From Priapulus caudatus (taxonomy: Eukaryota), in the NCBI RefSeq assembly GCF_000485595.1, contig NW_014577068.1, positions 1,480,130-1,544,129 on the forward strand: DNA of 64,000 bases, given 5' to 3'. This document shows, one piece after another, positions 53,337 to 64,000 of the stretch; position 1 is the stretch's first letter, and each line of letters opens with the position of its first letter. The notes under the pieces were generated by a model. It saw only the letters and a program-made list of their open reading frames with translations, ran no database searches and was not told where the DNA came from. The position numbers and the translations under genes were made by a program.

Positions 53337-56300
53337 CTATGCAGAGGAAACATAACAAACTTAGTGCTGAATGAGTTACAACATCACACTACCTTTTGGG
53401 TAATCTCTAACATTATATCATTCGCATAGGAACTAAGCGTTATATGAATAGAACGACAATTGTTGCTCTGAACACATTATGTCATTTATAGCCAAATCTC
53501 AAAGCAAGAGTTGTTGACGATCCATATCTCTCCGCTTTTCACCACACACCTGTTCAAATGAGCACAATGCAGCTTCCTTGCCAGCAGAGATCAAATCATT
53601 AAAAATGATTTTCTTTATGTCCTGCAAACACACAAAGGAAGGTATGTTCACTGTAATCGACACATTACAATTTAACTAACGTCGGGTACAAACCATTTCT
53701 TGCAGAACCAAACAACAATTAGAACAAACATTTAGGACAGCATGATAAAATGATATATACAGACTGATACCAATGGCTGCATCATCAACTAATTGAACAT
53801 GCATTATGTTTTATTATATTTATTGTCAACAAGTAAACGAGAAAGATGTAAACTCCATTCTAACCTTGTTCTGGCACCAATCGTGCATGTTCTCCCCTTC
53901 AATGCCATTCTGCGTGGAAAACCTTGGTAAAACATCCGGATCTGGCACAACTATACCCACCAAGCATGACTGCAGGAAAACGAATATCGTCACATGTAAT
54001 ATCTTACCGCATTCTATTAATAAAAGCATCACAATGCTAGTCGGATATGTTAGTTAGTTGACAGTCTGAAATGAGCAACTTGATCTTACCTTCAAGCTGT
54101 CCCCATGAACGTAGATTTGTGCCACTAGAGGGCACCGGTGGTACACATTTTCGATCTTTTCTGCAGCAACATACTCTCCTTGCGCAAGCTTGAAGATGTG
54201 CTTCTTCCTGTCGACAATCCTCAGAGTTCCATTCTGTACACACACATAAACACGTATGGGAGTTACTAAAGATATCTTTGTGTATCCTGCTAGATACAGC
54301 ACCCTGATCATGTATTCCTAGCAATTTCATAGTAAAATGTGCCTGAGAAATAATGGTTTTCCCACCAGGTTGTGCTCTCTTCATCTGCTAACCAAAGACC
54401 TTACTGAAATGTCAACCAAGTTATACGCATTTGTGACCAGAAATTGAATACATACGATTGTCTTGTGTAATAGTGCATGACATTACAATCAATCTTGTAT
54501 GATTTTATCTGACATTCTGGTGCACTAATTTACAGCATATGAAACCAATAGAGCATTTGCAGCAACTTCACAGGCCACATGAATCAAAGGCGTTGCAAAA
54601 TATGAATGCTAATAATTTCAATGCAGAAACAGCAAAGCTTAGTGCGAATAAAAGACACAATGCAGCAATCTGTACCACTCCCTTTTTCACACCTCTGGGA
54701 AAATGATCCAGTTGCTGCTTCACGATAGTAAACAGCTGCTCGTTATTTTAGTTGATCTAAAAGTGTTTGGACAAAAGTAAACTCCGAGATAGCCGGTAAG
54801 ATATGACGAATCCGGCAGCAATTGCAATTCACAGTAATCAACTAATAGATCATAGTCATTACACTACAGGATCCACACTACACTGTTTCTCCACAAAGTG
54901 TATGTGTTATATATACGTCCCGACCTTTTCCTCGAAATGGACCATAAGGCGACCAAATAATAGTGAGTAAGGACGATAGACATACCGGCATCCACTCTCC
55001 AATATCCCCTGTATGAAGCCAGCCTTGCTCATCCAGTGCTTCTGCAGTCTTGCGTGGATCACGAAAGTAGCCGATGAACACATTAGGTCCTCGAATACAC
55101 ACCTGCAGCATTATTACCAAGCATCAGCAGATAATAGCATGATATTCTACTTACCTCACGTACACTATCTGTGCAAATTTGAAAACGTTTAAAACTGAAC
55201 TGCGTATGAACCACAACCATTTCTCAATTCTTAACCATTCCATGTAGGCTCTGCACACTGCGTGTATATGTGCGAACGTGCATGCGTGTATGTGAGCATG
55301 CATACGTGGGTTTGTGTGATCTGTTACGCATTTAAAATGTCTATCTAGTCGCCAAGAAATTTGTACATTACAACAACTTCAAATATCCAACTAGTATGTC
55401 GTGCTGTTTGCAGTCAGATACTGTGGCAAGCGTCTACTAACATCTAACATCTAACATCTAACATCTAACAACCAGTCGCTCATCAGAACAAGTCTAAATC
55501 ATTACCTCGCCCTTGCCTTCATGTGCAAAGTATTCCATCTCTTGCACATCGACCAGCTTGATTTGGTTGCAAGGCAGTGGTGGCCCGACGTGTCCAGGAG
55601 TGTTGTCGCCGTACGTGGTGAGTGTGCATGGAGCCACGCACTCTGTCTGTCCGTAACCTTCTAACACCTGCACACGACATCACAATGTGTTCTCTACAGG
55701 AAGGTCGTCAGCAAAATGGATTACAATGTGAACGTGTAAAGGTTAATTTGATCTTCTCAGTTTTCTGAGCGTGATATGATAACCACAGTGAATATTGGCA
55801 CACAGCATGCAACTATATATTAAAACAAATAATATATAATAAGTAATATAAAAAAATACAATGTAATAATATATATATTTATTATAGAAATATATTATGA
55901 AGACAAGTATCTTTACGTGGATTAATGTCTGGATCTAATTTACCAAAGATTTTCATTTTTAAGCTTCTGATACTGATATGTACTTCCATGCTCATACAAC
56001 TAAGCAAATGCCATAGACTAATTGCACTAATAGACACACCTGTCCCATCTTAGCAAACACCATACATAGTTCCAGCTTACACGACAAATCACCTTCATCT
56101 TTGAAGACACAATATTCTTACCTTAGCAAACACTATAGCACCATCCTAGAAAGCACATTATTCACACATTAACTAGCTCCAAGAAACGGTATTGCTAGGG
56201 TTAGAATACCGTTTCAAACCTTGGCTGTAGCTAAACACGTAGTTGCCTTATTTGCCAAGTATCGCCAAAGAACACTACACATGTGATATACCAAATGAAT

Positions 56301-59300
56301 CAGTATACGTCCACCCTCTTGTAACCATCAGTGCGCTACGATGCGCTGGGTACTTACGGGGTTACAGCGACTTTTTGAGATTAATGCAACAAAATTTATG
56401 AATTCGCCGCCATGTTTGCTATCATTCCGACTGTGACTAAAATCCGTAATGGATCGAACAAAGAAAATTAAACGATCTGCGGTCCTCATGTAAACCACTC
56501 CTACATCCGAGAACATGTCATCTAAGGTTTTTCCAAATAGCCCAGACATTTGTGAACATCGTTTCACTTGCTTTGGTGTGTAATTGCCGCGACAGCCATC
56601 GTGCAGCCATTGTACTATTTCTGTAGTATTTTCTAGCGAGTCTTTTCCGTTTTGGGTTTTCCATGCCTCGCTAAACATGGCGGGTAAAGCTGATTGGAAA
56701 GTTTATATGCTGTGAGAATTAGCAGATTATACCGTGAATTAAGAGATACATTCTAGTTTAGAAGCAGGACAACTGTGAGTTAACGTTCATATTTCAAACA
56801 AGGCAAGTCAAAGGTGGTAATAGAATAGTTTTATTTGAGATATACAGTGTTATTCATCTAGATCTGCAGAGGTGATGGGTTTTTTGTATGGAAGGGTGTC
56901 AGGCTGTATAGACAATCCGTCGCACAGCCTGGTCGGGCTACACATTAACATGCTCTTACACCTGCAGCAGTTGTTTGCACGGTAATGGCAAAGTGCGTAG
57001 TACTTACAGCGCAGCCGACCGCACATCGAATGAAGGAGAGAACATTGTCTGCTACGGGAGCTGAGCCAGTGACCATGAAGGACACGCGCCCGCCCATCAT
57101 CGCCTGCACCTTGCTGAACACAAGCTTGTCCCAGATGCTGTTGTTGCGTATGATTCCCCTGCATGGCAGAAAGCAGACGATGCATTATCTAACACATGAA
57201 AAGATCACAAGAAGCAGTTTCAATGCATTAACAAAGAAACGCCAACTTTCATCCACACATGGTGACTAACATTCATTTATATATGAAGGCCAATCTGTTG
57301 GGAAATATCATGTATAAACGTATATCATAATGTGTAATTGTATGAATATGTATGATATGTAGACAGTGAATGTGTAGATCGTGTATGTGTAAAAAAAATA
57401 GTCTCAAATAATCTGTTCGGCGCAGCGGCGCCAGCTGGAATGCGATGACGTGTGGGGGTAGTAACTTATTATAAATGTTTATAGTAATTAGTACATTGTA
57501 TGTAAATTCGGGTTTCACGACAGAGAGAGTGGTATGGGGAACGCAACAGAGGGAAAGGAGATTGGAAAAGAGTGTTGACGGGGGAAGGTTGTATAGAGTG
57601 TTACTGCAAGGAGAGTAGAGTGACTGTATGGAGGGTTGTATATTAAATAAACCCACAAGTGATATTAATATGTGGAGTGTTCAGTATCAATGATAGAGTG
57701 TGCGATATAACGTAGACGATAGACCCGGCACAGGCGAAATTTAAGATTTGGTGATTTCGCAACACATGGTCCTTCGAGCCAGATGATTGTTGGATAGGAT
57801 TGTTAGACCGGATAGACCGGATAGATAGATCGTCGGCAACTCAGTGAATGATACATTGTCACCATGGAAGAACTATTAAATAAGAAGAGGATGAGGGGAG
57901 GGCATAGAGCCTATGCCAAGAAAGTCATGACAAGAGTCAGCACTTGGATGGCAGAGAGTACTACTACTAGTACTAGTAGTACGCCTAGTGACAGTGAGAG
58001 AAGGTTAACACAACATAAAGCAATGCTGACAGAAAAGCTTGCTACCGTACAAAGATTAGACGAAGAGATCCTGGAGATAATGAGTGAGAAAGAAGACATG
58101 GATATAGAACTAGAAGTGGGAGAAGCTGGCACGTTCAGAATAGAAGTGCAAGATATGATTTCAAGGATACATGGATGGCAGCTGGTACCAAATGAGCGAG
58201 AGGAACAGGAAGCAGCAGAGCAGCCAGCATCGGAGCTGGGCCCAGTATCGTCTGCAAGAGCAGTGAGGCCTAAACTACCGAAGCTAGAGGCAAGGAAGTT
58301 CAACGGAAAAGAACACGAATGGCAAGGATTTTGGAACTGTTACGAGAGTGCCATTCATGGGAATGACTGCTTGTCAGATGTGGATAAATTCACATATTTG
58401 CGAGGACTGGTGGAAGAACCCGCAAAATCTGCGACTGCAGGGTTCGCATTAACTAGTGCAAATTATCAAGCTGCAGTAGAACTGTTGAAGGAACGATATG
58501 GGAAGAAGAATATCATACAACGAGCGCACGTGAACGAACTCCTGAACCTTGTACCGGTATTCAGTGAGAGAGATCTATACCGTGCGGCTGAGAGGCTTGT
58601 GCGATACAGTCGAAATGCACTATAGAGGATTGAAGGCGTTGGGCCTCCCGGAAGAAACGTATTCGAGTATAGTTGTGCCCGCGGTCTTGGAGAAGTTACC
58701 GGTACTGTTGAAATCACCATTACGCGGGGAAAAGAGTATCTGGACTGGTCGATGAAGGATATGCTCGAAGCTTTAAGAAGAGAAGTAGGACTGCGAGAAT
58801 AACATCATGTGCAGCCACCACAGAGAGTGAGCCAGGCAGACCGACCGGGAAGAGAGAGTCAACGTCGGGGACAGCTTCCCTCGACAGCGAGTGACTTGTT
58901 CACGGGACGAGACAGAGACAATATATGTGCTTTTTGTTTGGGAGAGCATGCTCATGAAAATTGTTTTAAGGTCACGGGTGTAAAGGAAAGAAAAGAGCTC
59001 CTGCGTAGATATGCTAGATGTTACAATTGTATAAGGAAAGGGCATCGCACCCGAGATTGTCCAGTGGTAGTAAAGTGTAAACGTTGTGGGGGTGGCACCA
59101 TACGTCGTTGTGTGCAGGAGAAAGACTCAAGTATAATAGAAGGGAGTGGGAATCGGGACTGAGTACGGTAACACGTGGGCCGTCAAGTATGGCAGATGGG
59201 GTCGTTGTCGTATCAGGTACTACAGATATGTACCCGAGGTAGTTTTAGGTTGTTTAGTATTATGTTTATATTTTTATATGAGGTATGTTTAGGGTTAGGG

Positions 59301-62300
59301 TTAGGGTTAGGGTTAGGGTTAGTGTTAGGGTTAGGGTACACTTCTGTAGTACAAGTCTGGTACACTTTGTGTATACATGATATATGTATCTCGGGTACAT
59401 ATCTGTAGTACCTGATACGACAACGACCCCTTGAGCTCAAGTATGCATGTCGAGACCGGGGATCGCGTGGCTTTACAAACTGCCCTGGGAAAGGTCAACG
59501 AGAAAGGGCAGGGAAAGATTAGATTGCTATTTGACTCGGGAAGTCACAAATCATTTGTCACGCGGCTTGTAGATATGAACTAGAGGTAATTAGAAAAAAG
59601 AGTGATTCAAGTCAGCACAGGCAGACTTGAGAAAACGAACTTGAGGAGAGTGAGGACAACGACTTGAGGAGAGTGAATTTAAGCAATAGGTAAGAAGGTT
59701 AGGGTTTGTAGAGGAAAGAGGAATTTTGCACTGCAAGGGTAGGTTAGGCAACTCAAATATGGAACTTAAGGCAAGGTACCCAGTTATTTTACAGAAAGCG
59801 CACAAGTTAACTGAACTGATTATTATTAGAGATTGTCACAAGAGAGTGCATCATAGTGGTGTAAGAGCAACATTAGCAGAGGTAAGATCAAAATGTTGGG
59901 CACCATAAAGAGTAAGGGAGATTACTGGGGATAAACCAGTTAGAATTAGTAGACCGATGCAGAAACTATACCCATTAGAGGTAAGAAGCAAAAGTGAGAG
60001 AGACAGGCAAGAAGGAAGAGTAGGGGATAGGTCCAAAAGAGCAGCAGCAGTAAAAGCTCGACAGCGCTTACGTGAGTTAAGACAGTTACGTGCATGAATG
60101 GCTTGACTCAATGATGAGTCAAGGGGGGGGGAGAGTGTTGGGAAATATCATGTATAAACGTATATCATAATGTATAATTGTATGAATATGTATGATATGT
60201 AGACTGTGAACATGTAGATCATGTATGTGTATAAGAAATAGTCTCAAAGAATCTGTTCGGCGCAGCGGTGCCAGCTGGAATGCGATGACATGTGGGGGAT
60301 CAATCTTATTATTATGTTTATGTAATAAGACATTGTATGTGGCGGTGGCAACCGGTCACCACGGTTCCCAGCCTAGGTAAATCTGTGGGGTAGCCTTCAC
60401 CGAACCACAGGCAGGGTATGGTTGAATGTTCGTGTTGTGACTGAGTAATTATTGTGATGTCTGCTGTTTATTAGATGTGTCGTTTTTCGGTGTGTTTTGC
60501 CTCTCATCATTGTTGTTGTGATTAGTCAAGGCCCTACACAGGGGCAGAGAGTGACGCGGTGAGAAATGAACAGCTGACACTGTGTGTGAGTCAGGTAGTG
60601 GTACACGTGGAGCTTCGTCTCGAGCGTTGAGAGACGTAGCACTCGGTTCGTCTGCGTTTAGAGAGGTAACACTCGAGTTCGTTCGGGCGTTTGAGAGACT
60701 AACACTCGATTCGTCTTGGGAGTCGAGTGACGGAGGCCCGCAGCCATGGTAGCTAGTTCCAACTCTGTAGACATAGAGTGGATAAGGCCGTATGGAGGGT
60801 GTGGTGTGGGAGACTGGAGAGTACATGGTGACGCCGGCGTAAATGTTGTACTGGTCAGTACAGTACCGTACGGCCACCGGTGGTCGACGCTGGCATTGTG
60901 GGCTGGAGCGCTGGGGGGGCGCGGGGGCTGGGTATGTAGATCCCCGGCGAGAGACAGCCACGGTTAAGAGCTTACAGGTTTTGGTGGAGGTAGGCACGAG
61001 TTTGTATCTGTCCCTGTTGTTGTGGCGCGAGTAAATAATACAGTGAGTAAGTATTAAATGGACTCCATAAAAAGTAGTAGAGAGAAGAAGTGCCAATGCA
61101 CCCGTGTAGGATAGATAAAACTGGCCTAATGCTGTAGCGGCCGTGCAGTAGAGAGCCTGCCGGTTTATTTAAGCCCTTTGCCTGCCTTACGCCTATATCT
61201 GTATAGCCTTTTTTTATACACCAGGTTGACATATTATTGAGATACTTACTAAAGACGTAACTAAGGCCAAGCAGAGCATAGCGTGGTGGTGCCCCTTGCG
61301 CTCCATGTTAGTGTGGTGTGTCGTCCCTTCATACAGGCATTGTGGTGACTAAACCCGCCGAGCTATCGCCACCGGAGCCTGAACAAGACCCGCTGGGTTG
61401 GGTACTACGGAGTGAGCGCAGTAACACTGAGGCGCTCTGGTGGCTAGCGGAGTCCGGGTGGCGACGATACGGCCATTTCAACGCATCCGGACCTACTAGG
61501 TGAGTGTTCTTACCTAAGGTTATTGCTAGTCACGTGTCGACCGGTGGCGCCATCGCGTGTCGCAGAGAGACACAAAACGCTACATATGTAAATTCGGGTT
61601 TCACAACAGAGTGGTACGGGGAATGCAACAGAGGGAAAGGAGATTGGAAAAGAGTGTTGACGGGGAAAGTTGTATAGAGTGTTACTGCAAGGAGAGTAGA
61701 GTGACTGTACGGAGGGTTCTATATTAAATAAACCCACGAGTGATATAAATATGTGGAGTGTTCAGTATCAATGATAGAGTGTTCAGTATCAATGATAGAG
61801 TGTGCGATATAACTGAGACGATAGAACCAGCACAGGCGAAATTTAAGATTTCGCAACACAATCTTCACTCATATAGGCTAATCTTCATATCAACATGGAA
61901 AAGCTAATCTTCATACATAGATGGGAAAGCTAACATGGGATTCACACATAGGAAAGGCATTCCTCATCCACAAGGTTACCAAGCTAAACATTCATTCGTG
62001 TGTGTGCGCGCGCATTTGCATGTATATATAGAGAGACAAATGTTCATCTGTACCCATATATTAATGAAAACATGCAAGACAATGTTAAGCTAAGATGCAA
62101 TTCCTACCGTTTCATTTCTGCAAGCTTTGCCCGGAGTGCGAGATGAAAAAGCATGCTCTTGAACCTACTGCCTCTCACACCTTGCAGCACCTACGAATGA
62201 GTATAAGGAATACCGAGTAAATATAAACCTGCTTTCATTTCTGTCCATATGCTGATTTTTTCACTTTCATTGCTGCATGAAAATGGTTGCAAATATGTGA

Positions 62301-64000
62301 AAAACCTCTCCGATTTTCACAATTTCAATTTAACACAATTGTAATAAAATAACATGAATAATTACACATGATGATAGATGTGGATGTGGATGTGCGTGCG
62401 TGAGTGAAGTAACTAATGTTTACTCCTGATATAACACATGTGCACGATAAAGCTATCCTCAATAATAATATCCATCTTGCAGTATTGGCATGTGCTACCT
62501 TATCGTAAATTCTGTTGAGAAGGCGTGGCACAACAGGGAATATTGTAGGTCTTAACTCTTTGACATCATCCAGCAAGCACTTGATGTCTCCCCTATAGAA
62601 TCCAATGCAGCCTCCTATGCTGTACACACAGCACTGGAGCAAAAGACAAGTCAGAATACTTGTTCATCATACCATTTTCACTACAGACTTAATCCATTAT
62701 TTATAATCGCTGTTTGAAATAGGAAATTATTCTTTACTGCTTTGTGTTTAGATAGTTGTGCCTTAAATATGATATGCTGATTTAAATAGATAACATCAGA
62801 ACTAAGTGAAGCCATAGTTTACAATAGGTTGTTGATAAAATTAACCACATGAACAAAGTATTGCTCACCTGCACAATTCTCTCAAGCATGTGGGCCAATG
62901 GAAGATATGATATCATTACTTCACGACACTCCGTTATGAGGGAGCCCTAAAACATAAACAAGAGACACTATGTGTTCTATGTTATGGAATCAATCCTTAA
63001 GAACTGCAGGTTCTACCTCTTAACATTTTATGGTGTAAATGATGACACTGTCAGAAATGAGTAAAAACTCAAGGAAAATACGTTTATCGTTAAGTATATC
63101 GATACTGGGGAAAAAAACTTCAACATAAACTTCCCCAGCAGGTTGTTGTAGGTACCAATCTTGTGGCAAGGGCTGCTACGTACCAGATGCAGGAGGCATG
63201 CTGCTGAACAGGAAACAACATTCTCATGTGTCAACATGACACCCTTTGGTGTCCCGGTGGTTCCACTCGTGTAACAAACGGTTGCCAAGTCTTGGGGCTT
63301 GCATGGCTGAAGACAGAACAGCACGTAAACGAGAGCCTGTATCTATCACAAAACAACTTAAAAAACAAATTAATGTAATCAGAACATTCCGTTAATTATA
63401 TCTCTATGGTATGAATGTAAAACAAGCTCAGCATGCATGGCTGGTTAAACTGACAAAAATTCCCAGCATTGAGGGATGTGATAAAGCTCTCGTTTGAATG
63501 CAAAATGGAGACTTTAATCTAATCATCTGAAGCCTAATGTGTAAAAAATACCGTTACCCCAAGAATTTGTCTACATATTGCACAATATCCTGACAAATTT
63601 CCACTTTATTGTCAGGACACTGTAAACGATCTGTAACTTTGCAAGACGTAATTGCTATCTGCCAGCTGTCAGCTGCTGTTGTAAACTAGGCCACGCATGT
63701 TAAAATCACGTCAGAACTATTTCAACATAAGTGTAATAATAATCGCAATTAAATTTGCGCAACACTGATTGCATCATTGAGTTGCCAGATGCGAACACAC
63801 ACAAACACACACGCGCGCACGCACACACGCACGCACGCACGCACGCACACACGCACACACACACACACAGAATTCGATGAGTGAGCATGGAGGCACACGC
63901 ACCACGGGGCTGTGTTGCTTCTCGCGGCCGATCTGCTGCAGCTCAGTGAAGCTGAGCAACTCCACCTGCGCACGCTTGGCTTTCTCGGCGAGCGCTGGCA
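53199..64000 (-). CDS. ACSL1: Long-chain-fatty-acid--CoA ligase (ACSL1/5/6 family), 3' part; gene continues beyond the window
   Basis: Spliced translation contains [79 protein letters not shown] and [10 protein letters not shown]. All introns are GT-AG and in phase. Confidence 0.96.
53550..53621 (-). CDS. ACSL1: ACSL exon
   Basis: [24 protein letters not shown]. Confidence 0.9.
53865..53969 (-). CDS. ACSL1: ACSL exon
   Basis: [35 protein letters not shown]. Confidence 0.92.
54090..54233 (-). CDS. ACSL1: ACSL exon
   Basis: [31 protein letters not shown]...VHGDSLK. Confidence 0.95.
54986..55102 (-). CDS. ACSL1: ACSL exon
   Basis: [39 protein letters not shown]. Confidence 0.95.
55506..55667 (-). 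CDS. ACSL1: ACSL exon
   Basis: [17 protein letters not shown]...[30 protein letters not shown]. Confidence 0.95.
57008..57158 (-). CDS. ACSL1: ACSL exon
   Basis: [35 protein letters not shown]...GCA. Confidence 0.93.
57296..57764 (+). repeat. 5' LTR of the BEL/Pao element
   Basis: TG...CA termini; direct repeat of the 3' LTR. Confidence 0.9.
57864..60097 (+). pseudogene. Disrupted BEL/Pao gag-pol
   Basis: Gag reads [12 protein letters not shown]...[13 protein letters not shown] with three Cys/His knuckles. Protease LLFDSGS is near 59530, integrase Zn-binding [10 protein letters not shown] near 59835, and the C-terminal [11 protein letters not shown] follows. It has frameshifts and stops, and RT, most of RNase H and the integrase core are absent. 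Confidence 0.85.
59198..59430. mobile_element. Short TIR element with internal (TTAGGG)n, no TSD
   Basis: Perfect 41-bp TIRs ggggtcgttgtcgtatcagg...; agggtt repeats inside. Confidence 0.8.
60338..61584. mobile_element. Probable solo LTR of an unrelated element inserted into the 3' LTR
   Basis: 1.25 kb absent from the 5' LTR at cattgtatg|taaattc. Ends are tgtggcg...cgctaca, with an apparent tatg duplication. Confidence 0.65.
62108..62190 (-). CDS. ACSL1: ACSL exon
   Basis: [28 protein letters not shown]. Confidence 0.9.
62499..62633 (-). CDS. ACSL1: ACSL exon
   Basis: [45 protein letters not shown]. Confidence 0.95.
62869..62946 (-). CDS. ACSL1: ACSL exon (Y-gate motif)
   Basis: [26 protein letters not shown]. 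Confidence 0.93.
63184..63306 (-). CDS. ACSL1: ACSL exon (AMP-binding P-loop)
   Basis: [31 protein letters not shown]... Confidence 0.95.
63903..64000 (-). CDS. ACSL1: ACSL exon (partial at window edge)
   Basis: ...[29 protein letters not shown]; gtgcgt donor. Confidence 0.85.

Larger units (their letters stand above)
57296..61858 (+). mobile_element. BEL/Pao LTR retrotransposon, internally deleted, in an ACSL intron (antisense to host)
   Basis: LTRs run TGTTG...CAACA (57296-57764 and interrupted 60136-61858) with a 5-bp TSD caatc (57291-57295, 61859-61863). A tRNA-Tyr-type PBS tggtccttcgagcc is at 57767 and a polypurine tract at 60121-60135. Gag, protease and integrase remnants are present. 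Confidence 0.93.

Noticed and set aside
62634..63183. Alternative F-gate/Y-gate exon pair as in vertebrate ACSL6
   Set aside because: Only one LPLAH exon (Y form) is visible between the flanking exons.

Overview
Metazoan (invertebrate-like) genomic DNA from a draft assembly that appears gap-filled with unpolished long reads: four 25-N gaps, one 729-N gap, and indel-riddled duplicate segments. It holds two convergent multi-exon genes. On the + strand is a USP25/USP28-family deubiquitinase (ATG 1174 to TAG 38454, 21 coding exons traced). One exon carries homopolymer frameshifts, three exons appear as scrambled clean and degraded copies, and about one exon is probably lost in the large gap. On the - strand is the 3' part of an ACSL1/5/6-type long-chain acyl-CoA synthetase (12 exons from the window end to TGA at 53199). 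Introns and the intergenic region are dense with transposons: an internally deleted BEL/Pao LTR retrotransposon with nested inserts, Helentron-associated (HINE/DINE-1-like) elements, hAT-, P-, pogo- and Harbinger-like MITEs, and microsatellites. I found no convincing novel multi-gene system. The most unusual signals are TSD-less TIR elements carrying TTAGGG repeats, twin intronic hairpins, deep TE nesting, and TE ends next to splice sites.
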